The notes: a model not told the origin generated them from the sequence alone. Shown: positions 47,087 through 57,457, counted from the first letter of the stretch. The stretch: DNA of 58,893 nucleotides from Patescibacteria group bacterium (GCA_018817645.1 JAHITK010000005.1:1-58893); one strand, 5' to 3'. Numbers and translations: made by a program.

Positions 47087-47369
47087 ATATAAGTGATTGT
47101 TCGCTTAATATTCTTTCTTTAATAATCGGTTTAAGGGTGTCATATTCTACTAAATCAATCTTTCTCCCGAGAGTATCTTCTATTTCCAGTTTAATGCCGA
47201 TAAAATCTAATAAACTAATATCTTTTTCAATTTGAATCACGATATCAACATCACTATTCTTTTTAGCTTCGCCCCTTACCAAAGAACCAAAAATCGCCGC
47301 TTTCTTAATGTCATGCTTTTTTAAAATAGGAAGAATCTGCTTTTTTATTTTTTCTAAATCTTTATTCAT
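47079..47369 (-). CDS. Minimal nucleotidyltransferase (MNT) antitoxin
   Basis: FGSLVRG, SDVD, KIDLV. Confidence 0.92.
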   Translation of the reverse strand: MNKDLEKIKKQILPILKKHDIKKAAIFGSLVRGEAKKNSDVDIVIQIEKDISLLDFIGIKLEIEDTLGRKIDLVEYDTLKPIIKERILSEQSLIYG

Positions 47370-47378
47370 ATTTCTAAT

Positions 47379-48125
47379 TTAACACACTTTTCCCTGTTCA
47401 GCAACGGTTTTGGTTCTTTTTTTTATTTCCTCTTGGTCGCCCAGATAATAATGTTTTATCGGCTTTAAGTTTTCGTCCAGCTCATAAACCAGAGGCACGC
47501 CGGTCGGGATATTAAGTTTTAAAATTTCAGCGGGCGGAATATTGTCCAGATATTTTACCAAAGCCCGCAAACTATTGCCATGAGCGGAAATCAAAACCTT
47601 TTTGCCTTCTAATATAGCGGGCGCAATTTCTTCTCTCCAATAAGGCAAGACCCTTTCTTCCGTGTCTTTCAAAGATTCGCCCAAAGGCAAAAGCTCCTTG
47701 GGAACATCTTTGTATAACGAGTCGTTTCCGGGCCAGCGCTCGTCATTTTTTTCCAAAAGCGGCGGCCGGACATCATAACTTCTTCTCCAGAGAAAAACAT
47801 TATGTTCGCCAACTTCTTTCGCCATTTCCGCCTTACTCAAACCTTGTAGCGCGCCATAGTGCCTCTCATTCAAGCGCCAGCTTTTTTTGATTGGGATGCT
47901 GGCCAAGCCCATTTCCTTAAGGCATAAGTCCAACGTGTCTGTGGCTTTTTTCAAAACTGATGTAAAAGCAATATCAAAAACATAACCTTCTTTTTTTAGG
48001 AGGCGCCCCGCTTCAATCGCTTCTTGTTCGCCTTTTTCAGTCAAATCAACATCGGTCCAGCCGGTAAAGCGGTCCTCTTTATTCCAAACGCTCTCTCCGT
48101 GCCTCAATAAAACCAATTTATACAT
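47379..48125 (-). CDS. gpmA: 2,3-BPG-dependent phosphoglycerate mutase
   Basis: [20 protein letters not shown]. Confidence 0.97.
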   Translation of the reverse strand: MYKLVLLRHGESVWNKEDRFTGWTDVDLTEKGEQEAIEAGRLLKKEGYVFDIAFTSVLKKATDTLDLCLKEMGLASIPIKKSWRLNERHYGALQGLSKAEMAKEVGEHNVFLWRRSYDVRPPLLEKNDERWPGNDSLYKDVPKELLPLGESLKDTEERVLPYWREEIAPAILEGKKVLISAHGNSLRALVKYLDNIPPAEILKLNIPTGVPLVYELDENLKPIKHYYLGDQEEIKKRTKTVAEQGKVC

Positions 48126-48133
48126 AGTTTGGT

Positions 48134-48739
48134 TTAGTCGGTTACAAATTGGAAATTATCAATCATCAGGTTGTAGATATCAATATATTGATTGTCCAAC
48201 AAGGTGATTTCCAGATAACCATCCTTCATCGGCGCTAAAGCATCTGTTATCATATCCCCTGCTTTAAATCCCATAGACGCATCGCGCAAATATTCTATCT
48301 TGTAATATGGAACCTCCAAACCGCCAACCATAATTTTATCTAAAACAACATTTTTATCCTCGTCTGTTTTGCGAAAAGGAACAATAATCTCCTCGTATTG
48401 CTGGGTAGTGCGGAAGTTGATTGTTAAAATCAAATCCTTTGCCATACTAATACTGCAATCATTGGCTTTCAGGGCTTCAATTTTTTCTTTTGGCCCGAAT
48501 ACTATGGTCTTGGCGCACCTATCATTTGTCCAGCCCTCCGGATATTTCATGGCGAAGCCGTATTCCTCGTTATTGTATGTCTGCCAATTTTCGGTTTCGT
48601 CTACAGGCGGGGTAGGGTTCGGCGAGGGAGAAGGACTTCTCCCTTGGGGCCATAATATCCACATGAGGACCGCCACTGCGGCAATCGCTAAAACGACAAT
48701 AAGATACAATATATTCTTACTTTTCATATTCTTGTTCAA
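48134..48739 (-). CDS. Membrane-anchored hypothetical (PsbP-like start motif)
   Basis: TM, Pro-rich linker, [16 protein letters not shown]. Confidence 0.7.
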   Translation of the reverse strand: MNKNMKSKNILYLIVVLAIAAVAVLMWILWPQGRSPSPSPNPTPPVDETENWQTYNNEEYGFAMKYPEGWTNDRCAKTIVFGPKEKIEALKANDCSISMAKDLILTINFRTTQQYEEIIVPFRKTDEDKNVVLDKIMVGGLEVPYYKIEYLRDASMGFKAGDMITDALAPMKDGYLEITLLDNQYIDIYNLMIDNFQFVTD

Positions 48740-49931
48740 TTAATAATAATCTATTATATTTTGTCAGCCGTTCAGGCATAGCTGGCGCGCCTGATTTAAT
48801 GAAGTCAGCGCCGACTCCGACCGCAAAGTCAGCGATGAAATCGTCCATTGTTTCGCCTGAACGATGGGAGACAATTATTTTCCATTGATGTGTTTTTGCC
48901 AATTTAACCGCTTCCATTGCTTCGCTTACTGTTCCTATCTGGTTTACCTTAATAATAGCGCCGTTGCAGGCGGTTTTTTCAATCGCCTCTTTTATTCTTA
49001 AGGGATTCGTAACCAATAAATCATCTCCGATAATTATAATTTTACTACCCATTTTGCTATAAATCTCCTGAAATCCCTGCCAGTCGTCTTCTGCGAAAGG
49101 ATCTTCCAACCCAATAATAGGATATTTTACAATTAAATCGCTGTAAAATTCAAGCAAAGCATCTCTACTGAACAACAGGTCTTCAAGTTGATAAGTTTCC
49201 CCTTCTCGGAAATGGGTAGCAGCGCAATCCAGGATAAAATCAACTTCTTTTTTGTTCAATCTGGCTTTAACCGCCGCTTCTTGCAAGAAATTTAACGCTT
49301 CGACAGCAGATGAAATATCCGGAGCAAAGCCCCCCTCGTCGCCAATAGGCAGATTATCAAACTTCCTGCTTAAAATACCTTCCAGCGATTGATAAATATC
49401 CTTCGCTGCTTGAAAATTTTCCGCAAAACTATTCATCTGCGGAACAATCATAAACTCCTGAATATCTAAATCGTTTTGCGCATGCGCTCCCCCGTTGATA
49501 ATATTAAAACAAGGCAAAGGCATTTTGAAATTTCCAATTCCCAAATCCCAATGACCAATTTGGCTAATGTGCTGATAAAGAGGAATGTTTTTTACTGCTG
49601 CTCCTAAGCGCGCGACTGCCATTGAGACGCCAACAATGGCATTGCCTCCCAATACCGACTTATCAGTTGTTCCGTCAATCTCAAGCATTAAATCGTCTAT
49701 TTCTTTTTGGTTTATCGGGTCTTTGCCGATTAATTGCGGAGCAATAATTTCATTTACATTTTTAACCGCTTTCGGAACCTCAATGACCTTGGCTTCCAAT
49801 TTTCCAGTGGAAGCGCCGAAAGGAACCCCTGCTTTAACCGAAAAATCAGCGGTTTTTGCCGTAACCTCTATGGTCAGATTCTTTCGTGAATCCAAGATGC
49901 TCTGTGCTGTAATTGATTTAATCTTCGCCAT
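48717..49931 (-). CDS. eno: Enolase
   Basis: NGGAHA, GDEGGF, GDDLLVTN, SHRSGET, IKSG. Confidence 0.97.
   Translation of the reverse strand: MAKIKSITAQSILDSRKNLTIEVTAKTADFSVKAGVPFGASTGKLEAKVIEVPKAVKNVNEIIAPQLIGKDPINQKEIDDLMLEIDGTTDKSVLGGNAIVGVSMAVARLGAAVKNIPLYQHISQIGHWDLGIGNFKMPLPCFNIINGGAHAQNDLDIQEFMIVPQMNSFAENFQAAKDIYQSLEGILSRKFDNLPIGDEGGFAPDISSAVEALNFLQEAAVKARLNKKEVDFILDCAATHFREGETYQLEDLLFSRDALLEFYSDLIVKYPIIGLEDPFAEDDWQGFQEIYSKMGSKIIIIGDDLLVTNPLRIKEAIEKTACNGAIIKVNQIGTVSEAMEAVKLAKTHQWKIIVSHRSGETMDDFIADFAVGVGADFIKSGAPAMPERLTKYNRLLLIEQEYEK
49533..49560. repeat. Heptamer tract inside eno (encodes IGHWDLGIG)
   Basis: Four 7-bp units; 18-nt exact match to 107-124 on the opposite strand. Confidence 0.75.
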
Positions 49932-49972
49932 TTTTAATCAATAAACTTCTTGTATATTATTTTATATCAGAA

Positions 49973-50506
49973 TTACTTAATGAAGAATGTCTCAAGTTCG
50001 TCTTTAATCAATAATCGCCGTATATCAGAATTTGCTATAAGAGCAAGGGACGGTTTATGAGAGAAGCCGATATATTCAATTTTTTTATTCATAGACCTGA
50101 CTTTCTCAATGGCTGGCAGAAGGTCGGTGTCGGAGGTAACCAAAATTACCGTGTCGTAAGTATTTTCATAAGCGCCGATTAACAAATCGACCGCCATTAA
50201 AACATCAACGCCTTTTTCATGATATTTGTCAGTTTTTAATAATTCGCCAAGTCCTAACGCCCAATTGTTCTTTTTAAGTTTACCTAATAATTTTTGTTGG
50301 GCGCTCATCAATTGTCGGCTTTTTGGGTTATTCGTTTCTTCTCTAATCGCCCCAATATAATATTTTTTCAACACTAACTCTCTTTTACCGCTTAAAAATT
50401 GACTGAATTTTTCATAATCAAAATCTAAGAGATTTTTAATTTCCACTTCTTTTAGGCGGTGGTAAAAATTGTTGCCATCGATAATTATAAATATTCTATC
50501 TTCCAT
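49973..50506 (-). CDS. NYN (LabA/DUF88) PIN-like nuclease
   Basis: IDGNN, EKGVD, TSDTD. Confidence 0.9.
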   Translation of the reverse strand: MEDRIFIIIDGNNFYHRLKEVEIKNLLDFDYEKFSQFLSGKRELVLKKYYIGAIREETNNPKSRQLMSAQQKLLGKLKKNNWALGLGELLKTDKYHEKGVDVLMAVDLLIGAYENTYDTVILVTSDTDLLPAIEKVRSMNKKIEYIGFSHKPSLALIANSDIRRLLIKDELETFFIK

Positions 50507-50630
50507 AAACAAAATCCTGCACCTATAAAATAAGCGCAGGAGGGGTTAATGTTCTTATTTTACCAAAACCAAAAATCCTGTCAAGCCCCTGTTTATTTCT
50601 TTTGATATCCTTATTGCACATAAATATTTT

Positions 50631-51284
50631 TTAATCAATAAACTTAAAAGTGGAAAGGATTTCTTGGATAATCCTGTATTCTGACAATGAGGTGTAATTT
50701 AATTCTTCTGCAACAACCTTCTTCTCGTAATCATAGTGAATAATAATCAGATGATTTGGCTTTTCAAAAAATATCTCCGCAGTGGTATTGTTGAGCGGCG
50801 AAGAACCTTGAGTGGTCTCAATCACAAAACCCTCTAAACTACCTATCATATATTCATTTAAGCTCGTAAGCATAGAAAATTCAGGGTGCCTGACCGATAG
50901 TTCGTTTAGTTCCTCAGTCTTTATTTCGACATATTTTCTTAAGGTAGAAAACTCAACTGGGAGTTTTTTGACCAGGAAAGTCAATATAGATGGTTTATTC
51001 ACGGAAATCGTAAGTTCAATTTCGTCATCCAGGGAATCATATTTTTGAGTTACGATTAACTCTTGCGTCTTTCCTCCGCTTGCGTCAGTCCATTTGGGAT
51101 ATTTAAAACTAAAACCATATTCTTCATTTGTGTATATTTGCCAATCCGCTGTTTCGTCGGTGGGTGATGTTGGCGTTGGCGTTAGAGAAGGCGTTTCTCC
51201 CCCTGACCAGGATTGCCAGATTAAAACTCCGCCGATTATTACGACAAAAAGGCAAATAATTAAAATAGAGAGGGGCTTAATCAT
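50631..51284 (-). CDS. Membrane-anchored hypothetical sharing its N-terminal module with 48134-48739
   Basis: PTPT..DETADWQIYTNEEYGFSFKYP. Confidence 0.7.
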   Translation of the reverse strand: MIKPLSILIICLFVVIIGGVLIWQSWSGGETPSLTPTPTSPTDETADWQIYTNEEYGFSFKYPKWTDASGGKTQELIVTQKYDSLDDEIELTISVNKPSILTFLVKKLPVEFSTLRKYVEIKTEELNELSVRHPEFSMLTSLNEYMIGSLEGFVIETTQGSSPLNNTTAEIFFEKPNHLIIIHYDYEKKVVAEELNYTSLSEYRIIQEILSTFKFID

Positions 51285-51287
51285 AAT

Positions 51288-51336
51288 ATGATTAATGATT
51301 AATGATTAATGATTAATTATTAGTTATCAATTATTG
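51288..51336. repeat. ATGATTA x4 plus 3 degenerate heptamers
   Basis: Direct reading. Confidence 0.85.
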
Positions 51337-51337
51337 A

Positions 51338-52270
51338 TTATTTTTTTAAATTGCGGAGATAATCATAAACAGAAAGCGCGGCTTTGGCGCCTTCGCCTGC
51401 TGCAATAACAATTTGATTGTATTTTACATCTGTAACATCCCCGGCGGAAAACAGCCCGGCTGTTTTTGTCTGGCCGGTTTTGGGGTCAATAACAATCTCG
51501 TCTTTCTCGTTAAAATCCACCATTTCTTTAATAAAAGAAGTGGCGGGTTGGGTGCCGACTGACACGAAAACCCCTTCCACCTTAAGATTCTTTTTTTGTT
51601 TGCTCTTTACATCTTCGTAAGTTATCCTTTCAACTTTGTTTTTGCCTTCAATGCTTTTCAAGGCAGCGGAATTAATAATTTCTATTTTTTCATTATGGCG
51701 TGCCCTTTCCTGCTCCAATTCGTCAGCGGCCAGTTTCTCCTGGAATTCCAGCAAATAAACTTTGGAAGCGTAATGAGTCAATTCAATCGCCGCCTTTACG
51801 CCGGAATTGCCTCCGCCGATTACTGCCACTGGCCTGTCTTTAAAAAACGGAGCGTCGCAGGTTGTACAGTAAGTTACGCCCTTGGCGATAAATTCTTTTT
51901 CTCCCGGCACCTCAAGGGGTCTCGGGTCTGCCCCGCTGGCGATAATCACGGAGAGAGAAATAAAGCGGTCGCCGTTTTTAGTGATAAGCTCAAAAATCTG
52001 GTTCTCTTTCCCAATCTTGATAACCTCGTCATTGACGATTTCCGCTCCGTATTGTTTTAGATGGTCTTCAAATTTCTTCGCCAAATCCATTCCCTTAATG
52101 TCGGGCAAGCCCGGATAGTTTTCCACCGACACCGCCCATTTTACCTGTCCCTGAAAATCCTTTGAAATAATCAATGTCCTTAATTTTTTCCTGATAGCGT
52201 AAATGCCAGCCGTTATTCCCGCTGGCCCGGCGCCGATAATTATTAAATCATATAAGACCTGATTTTCCAT
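51338..52270 (-). CDS. trxB: Thioredoxin reductase
   Basis: GAGPAG, CTTCD, GGGNS, AGD. Confidence 0.93.
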   Translation of the reverse strand: MENQVLYDLIIIGAGPAGITAGIYAIRKKLRTLIISKDFQGQVKWAVSVENYPGLPDIKGMDLAKKFEDHLKQYGAEIVNDEVIKIGKENQIFELITKNGDRFISLSVIIASGADPRPLEVPGEKEFIAKGVTYCTTCDAPFFKDRPVAVIGGGNSGVKAAIELTHYASKVYLLEFQEKLAADELEQERARHNEKIEIINSAALKSIEGKNKVERITYEDVKSKQKKNLKVEGVFVSVGTQPATSFIKEMVDFNEKDEIVIDPKTGQTKTAGLFSAGDVTDVKYNQIVIAAGEGAKAALSVYDYLRNLKK

Positions 52271-52278
52271 AATCTAAA

Positions 52279-53160
52279 TTAGATTATCGTCTTTGCGAAT
52301 TTTCTAAGCTCCGCTCCGTAGCGAGAATCTTTTAAAGTCAGATAAAGGTCGGTTTTCAGCCAAGCCATTTTGTTCCCGCATTCAAGCCATCTTCCCTCAA
52401 ATTCGTAGCCATATATGCTTTTGCCTGCCTGAAGCATTTTGTCAAAAGTATCAGCCAAAACAATTTCCTGTTTTTCGTTGGGCTTGGCTGTTTTCAAAAA
52501 GTCAAAGACCTCCGGGGTTAATATGTATTTGCCAACAACCGCCAAATCAGACGGCTCTTCGCCCGGCTTGGGCTTTTCAACAATTCTTTTCACCTTATAG
52601 ACCCGGCTGGCGATTTTCTCCACCTGGACTACTCCGTATAAAGGAAGAAGTTCTTTGGGCAGTCGGTAAAGCGCCAAAACCGGTCTTTGGCAGGTAGCGT
52701 AAATATTAATAAGTTGCTGGAGGCAAGGAACTCCTGATTCCACTATGTCATCACCAAAAAGCACGGCCACCGGCTCTTTTTTTAATTTTGGCATTGCCTG
52801 CAAAATAGCATGGCCGTCCCCCATCGGCTTTTCCTGCGTGACCGAGGAAAAAGAAACGCCCTCAATCAATTCTTCTAATTCCTTCAGGGCATCAATCGCC
52901 TCTGTTTTTTTCCGGCTGTGAAGAATCTTTTTTAAAGGCGCGGGAGAACCCTTGAAATAATCAAGAACAAATTTTTTCTTCCCGTTGGTCACAAAAATTA
53001 CCTCTTCAATGCCAGAGGCCTTTGCCTCTTCAATAATAAATTGTATCGCCGGCTTATCAATAACCGGCCAGATTTCCTTCGGTATTATGGTTGACAGCGG
53101 TAAAAACCGGGTGCCTAATCCGGCAATCGGCAGAATCGCTTTTTTAATTTCGCTTTTCAT
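52279..53160 (-). CDS. galU: UTP--glucose-1-phosphate uridylyltransferase
   Basis: AGLGTRFLP, GDGHA, VEKP, VGKY. Confidence 0.88.
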   Translation of the reverse strand: MKSEIKKAILPIAGLGTRFLPLSTIIPKEIWPVIDKPAIQFIIEEAKASGIEEVIFVTNGKKKFVLDYFKGSPAPLKKILHSRKKTEAIDALKELEELIEGVSFSSVTQEKPMGDGHAILQAMPKLKKEPVAVLFGDDIVESGVPCLQQLINIYATCQRPVLALYRLPKELLPLYGVVQVEKIASRVYKVKRIVEKPKPGEEPSDLAVVGKYILTPEVFDFLKTAKPNEKQEIVLADTFDKMLQAGKSIYGYEFEGRWLECGNKMAWLKTDLYLTLKDSRYGAELRKFAKTII

Positions 53161-53194
53161 ATCAGATGATTTATTGATAATTAATCATTGATTA

Positions 53195-54631
53195 TTAGCT
53201 ATGGCGGAGGAAGGCCGGAATTTCCCATTTATTCTCTTCTTCAAGCATTTTCTTTTCATCCTCTGCCGCCTGCCGGTGCAAATCTAAGGCATTTCTCCGA
53301 ACATTCGTCTTTTTGATAATTTCAACCCTTTTTGCCTGCTTTTTCTTTTTTATTTTTATTGTTTTCGGCTCTTCTTCTTTTTTCTCAAAACTTTTGTTGG
53401 TTATCATTTCCTCTTTTTCCCCCCTTGCTTCATTTGGTTTAATCTGTTTTGTTTTAGCGGCCCCGTCCTTTAATCCAATCGTTTTAGGAGCAAGTTCTTT
53501 CGTCTCGGGTTCTTCTTGTTTCTCCTTGATTAATTTTGGCTTCTGCTTTTTTGTCTTTTTTCTTTTTGATTTTGGCTTTTCTTTTGCCCCGCACCCCACG
53601 GCGATTAAAGTAATTTTTAGTTTTCCCTGGTGCTGGGCGTCTTGCATTACTCCGAAAATAATTTTTGCTCGCGGATTATAGCTTTCAATCTTTTTACTGA
53701 TTTCGTCCACTTCGCTCATTTTCATATCTTTAGACCCCACGATGTTAAATAACATCCTTTCGGCTCCGGAAATGTCATAATTCATCAAAGGATTGTTTAA
53801 AATCGCTTCTGTCACTTTCTTAGCGCGGTTTGCCCCGCTGAACTCCTGCGAATTCAGATAAGCCAATTGGTTTTCTTTTTCCAAAATCGCTTTGAAATCC
53901 GAGAAATCAAGGTTAATCAGGCCCGGCAGATACAAGGTCTCGATAAATCCCTCCAAAATCTTGACCAAGACATTATTCATCGCTGACAACGATTTGTGAA
54001 TCGGGGTCTTTTGGTCAATAATTTTAAAGATTCTCTGGTTCGGAATGATGGCAAAAGCGTTGACATTGGGTTCTATTTTTTTAAGCGAAATTCTGGCGAT
54101 TCTTCCCCTTTCGCTGCCTTCAAAAGCGAAAGGCAAGGTAACTATTCCGAGCGACAAAATTCCTAAGCTCTTGGCGGTTTCCGCGAATACTGGCGTGGCG
54201 CCGGAGCCGGTGCCCCCACCTAAGCAGGAAATGAATATGCAAAAATCGCAATTTCTCAAAAGTTTTTCTATTGATTTTTTATCCTGCAAAGCGGATTTTT
54301 CCCCGAGTCCGGTATTCATTCCGCAGCCAAGCCCCCGGGTTATTTCCTTGCCGAAATAAAAAGCTCCGGCTTGTTTAGGAACCATTTTGATTGCCTGATA
54401 ATCAACGTTAGCCACCATGAACTTAATCTTGTTCAAATGGGGCAATCTTTTCCGGTGTATTACTTTGGCGATTTCTCCGACTATCGAACCGCCTCCTCCG
54501 CCAATTCCAATGATGCCTATCTTGGGCTGGAAAAAAGTTTCCTGTTTCGTCTTTTTAGGAACAGCGCCAATGCCTTTGTCCTTCTGTTTTTTCTTTGCCT
54601 TATGTTTGGAAATTGAAGCTTGTTTTTTCAT
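53195..54631 (-). CDS. ftsZ: FtsZ with Lys-rich N-terminal extension and long linker
   Basis: GGGTGSG, INLDFSD, C-terminal EIPAFLR. Confidence 0.9.
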   Translation of the reverse strand: MKKQASISKHKAKKKQKDKGIGAVPKKTKQETFFQPKIGIIGIGGGGGSIVGEIAKVIHRKRLPHLNKIKFMVANVDYQAIKMVPKQAGAFYFGKEITRGLGCGMNTGLGEKSALQDKKSIEKLLRNCDFCIFISCLGGGTGSGATPVFAETAKSLGILSLGIVTLPFAFEGSERGRIARISLKKIEPNVNAFAIIPNQRIFKIIDQKTPIHKSLSAMNNVLVKILEGFIETLYLPGLINLDFSDFKAILEKENQLAYLNSQEFSGANRAKKVTEAILNNPLMNYDISGAERMLFNIVGSKDMKMSEVDEISKKIESYNPRAKIIFGVMQDAQHQGKLKITLIAVGCGAKEKPKSKRKKTKKQKPKLIKEKQEEPETKELAPKTIGLKDGAAKTKQIKPNEARGEKEEMITNKSFEKKEEEPKTIKIKKKKQAKRVEIIKKTNVRRNALDLHRQAAEDEKKMLEEENKWEIPAFLRHS

Positions 54632-54661
54632 TGAAAATTGAAAATTGTAAATTGTAAATTC
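54631..54661. repeat. TGAAAAT/TGTAAAT heptamer tract
   Basis: Four 7-bp units directly upstream of ftsZ. Confidence 0.75.
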
Positions 54662-54714
54662 ATATATTGTTCAATTTACCCCCGAACAGCGATTCGGTCA
54701 ATGTCTAAAGGAGA

Positions 54715-55959
54715 CTAAATAAGAACCTTTTGCTTAATAAAGCTCTTCTTCTCCTGTTCGGAGAAAATTCTTACTTTGCCGAACACGCCGTCGTAGCCCG
54801 GTTCAATATTTACTTTTCCTTCCCTCGCTCTTATGATGCCTTCAATCACCTGCTCTGAAGCAATATTTTTAAAATCGCTTGGCGGAACATTAAGCAGAAT
54901 ATTGAATTCATTTTGAAATGCGCTTATCAATTTATCGTATTCAGCGCCTACTTTCTTTGCGCTTGCTCCGCAGCCAAAGGCCTCGGCAATAATTTCTTTC
55001 AATGGAATCAAGCTCTTGAACGGCACCGCTCCTTCGGGAACGAATCCTTCTTCCCTGTCAGATAATGTGCTTATCCGGTTTGCCACCCCAAGGGTAAGGG
55101 GCATGCCGCAGACCGGGCAGATATTATTGTATTTCCTTGATTCTGTCGGAGACAAAGAAATTTCGCAAACCCGATGGCCGTCATAATGGTATTTCCCTTC
55201 CTCCGGGAAAAATTCAATGGTGTAGAGAAATTTTTTAGGGTCCTTGGATTTAATCGCTTCAATGATTCCGGAATAGCTTAAATCCGTGTCAAAAACATTG
55301 GCTTCTCGGCCCAACTTGCCCGGCGAATGGGCGTCAGAATTGGAAATTAAAGCCACGCGCCGGCCATCCGGAATCCTCCAAATCATTGAAGAGTCGGCAG
55401 ACAGACCTGTCTCTAACGCAAAAATATGTTGTGAATAATCGTCAAAACATTCTTCTATGGAGTCAAATCCTGATTTTGAGCCAAAAATGGCAAACCAGGG
55501 CGTCATACAATGGGCTGGGACAAACAGGCAATCCTTGTCCGCTTCCAGGGTAATCTTCAAAAGCTCTTTGGCGTCTAAGCCTAAAATCGGCCGTCCGTCC
55601 GCCTTAAGGTTGCCGATTTTTGAAAGGGATTGATTAATCTTTTTAACCGCTTCTATTGACGGCGCTAATATCACAATATGAATCTTTCTTACTTTGCCCT
55701 TGGCGGAATAGATACAGCTTATCTCCGCGCTTAATAAAAACCTGACTTCATCTCGGGATTTTTTCAACCTAAAAAGCCCGGTTTCTGCCGGCTCTAATTT
55801 GTCCTCGATTTCCTGGAGCCATTGAGGATGAGTAAAATCGCCGGTGCCGACAACTTTTATCCCTTTTATCTTGGCTGATTCAGCGATATGCTCCAAATCC
55901 GCGTCCGGAGAAGTGGCGCGGGAGTATTTTGAGTGAATATGGAGATCGGCAATAAACAT
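54715..55959 (-). CDS. PHP-domain endonuclease Q-like protein
   Basis: DLHIHS, SNSDAHS, HYDGH..C...CPVCG; start at ATG 55959 because the upstream extension is repeat A. Confidence 0.8.
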   Translation of the reverse strand: MFIADLHIHSKYSRATSPDADLEHIAESAKIKGIKVVGTGDFTHPQWLQEIEDKLEPAETGLFRLKKSRDEVRFLLSAEISCIYSAKGKVRKIHIVILAPSIEAVKKINQSLSKIGNLKADGRPILGLDAKELLKITLEADKDCLFVPAHCMTPWFAIFGSKSGFDSIEECFDDYSQHIFALETGLSADSSMIWRIPDGRRVALISNSDAHSPGKLGREANVFDTDLSYSGIIEAIKSKDPKKFLYTIEFFPEEGKYHYDGHRVCEISLSPTESRKYNNICPVCGMPLTLGVANRISTLSDREEGFVPEGAVPFKSLIPLKEIIAEAFGCGASAKKVGAEYDKLISAFQNEFNILLNVPPSDFKNIASEQVIEGIIRAREGKVNIEPGYDGVFGKVRIFSEQEKKSFIKQKVLI

Positions 55960-55960
55960 A

Positions 55961-56115
55961 TTAAAAATCCCAATGTCAAAATCCAAATGTCAAATCCCTT
56001 CGACAGGTTCAGGGCGGGCAAATCCAAATGACAAATGTCAAAAGAATATATTTCTTCAATTTGGATTTTGGATTTTGAGCTTGATTTGGCATTTGAGCTT
56101 TGGATTTTGGATTTT
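55961..56115 (-). repeat. Composite element A, copy 2 (inverted, shorter core)
   Basis: Arms match 1-42 and about 125-198. Confidence 0.85.
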
Positions 56116-56118
56116 TAA

Positions 56119-56673
56119 TTATAATTCGAGTTCCCCGCTTATCCCCTGCATTGCCTCTAACGAAATCTTGGTGAATTCTTCCAACGATAATCCGAGAAGT
56201 TCTTGACATTTACTAATTATTTCTCGATTGGCGCCGCGGGCAAACGCCTTCTCTTTAAATCTATTCAGCACATTTTCCGCGGTGAGTTCTTTGATGCTTT
56301 TGGAGGGAAGAACCAAAGTGGCGGCGACAATCAAACCGCTCATCGGGTCGCAGGCGAACAATGATTTTGCCATAAGTCCTTCCGGCTGTATAGCGTGCGC
56401 TTCATTATGCGTTTTGACTGCTTCCGCCATTTCATCGCTGAAGCCCATATCTTTAAGTATTTCCGCGCCAACCAATGAATGCTTAAGCGGGTCATCTTTC
56501 GTCTTTTCATAATCAATGTCGTGCAGCAAGCCGGTTATTCCCCATATTTCCGAATCCCCGCCTAACCGCTTGGCAAGCCCGCGCATAATCGCTTCAACGG
56601 CCAGACAATGCTTGAGCAGGTTATTATTGAATAAATTTTCCTTTAACAATTTATATGATTCCTCTCTATTCAT
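56119..56673 (-). CDS. HD (HDIG) phosphohydrolase
   Basis: KHC, LLHDID, KHS, HN. Confidence 0.9.
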   Translation of the reverse strand: MNREESYKLLKENLFNNNLLKHCLAVEAIMRGLAKRLGGDSEIWGITGLLHDIDYEKTKDDPLKHSLVGAEILKDMGFSDEMAEAVKTHNEAHAIQPEGLMAKSLFACDPMSGLIVAATLVLPSKSIKELTAENVLNRFKEKAFARGANREIISKCQELLGLSLEEFTKISLEAMQGISGELEL

Positions 56674-57452
56674 AATAATGACTGGATAATTTTTGTTTTT
56701 GGATAATTCTCTATCTGTTTAAGCTGGCTCTTGTTATACCATTCCCAAAGCCGTTTGGCTCCGATAAATCCGTCAAGGTCATGATTGAAATCCTTTAATT
56801 CCTTGAATTCAAATTCCCCTCTGGCCGGTAAAAATTTATGGTAGCAGTTTGACTTGCCTCCCCTGATTAAAACCTTTCCTCCTTTTGCCCTTTTCTTGGC
56901 TCCGCAAAACTTGCATTCTTCAAATTGGTCTAATCGGAGAATCCATCTTGTTTTGGCCATTCTTTTTGAAGGCACGGATTTATTGTAGGCGTTCATATAA
57001 GCGGCGAGCTGTAAAGAATACTCGTCCCAGATGCCGGAGCCGGTCTTAATGTCCAAGACCCCCAGCACTCCCTTAATTTCAATCAAGGCGTCAAGAGTGC
57101 CTGCGTACCGGTCCTCTAAATCATAGACCTTTCTTTCTATGTCATTCTGGATATCCAGAATTTTTGCTTTGTATTCTTTTTTCCATTTTTTAAATACTTG
57201 AATAGACGGAATAATCATCGGGTCAATTTCACATTCTTCCCCGATTAAAAACTTTTCCACTGCTTCGTGGGTGGCGGTCCCCCAATTAGCGGCGTGATTC
57301 AGGGTTTCCTGGGCGGCCGCAAAATTGGGCTGCTGGGCGTAATACCTCAATAAGCCGGGTTTAAAAACCACATCCGTAATGCTGGTCACTCTCGGCAGCC
57401 AATAATGCTCTATCTCATATCCGTTTTTTTCTTTAAATTCCTGTAGGGACAC
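56670..57452 (-). CDS. PD-(D/E)XK exonuclease-like protein
   Basis: LPRVTSI, GTATH, YAGTLD, LDIKT, QLAAY. Confidence 0.8.
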   Translation of the reverse strand: MSLQEFKEKNGYEIEHYWLPRVTSITDVVFKPGLLRYYAQQPNFAAAQETLNHAANWGTATHEAVEKFLIGEECEIDPMIIPSIQVFKKWKKEYKAKILDIQNDIERKVYDLEDRYAGTLDALIEIKGVLGVLDIKTGSGIWDEYSLQLAAYMNAYNKSVPSKRMAKTRWILRLDQFEECKFCGAKKRAKGGKVLIRGGKSNCYHKFLPARGEFEFKELKDFNHDLDGFIGAKRLWEWYNKSQLKQIENYPKTKIIQSLL

Positions 57453-57457
57453 GTTTC

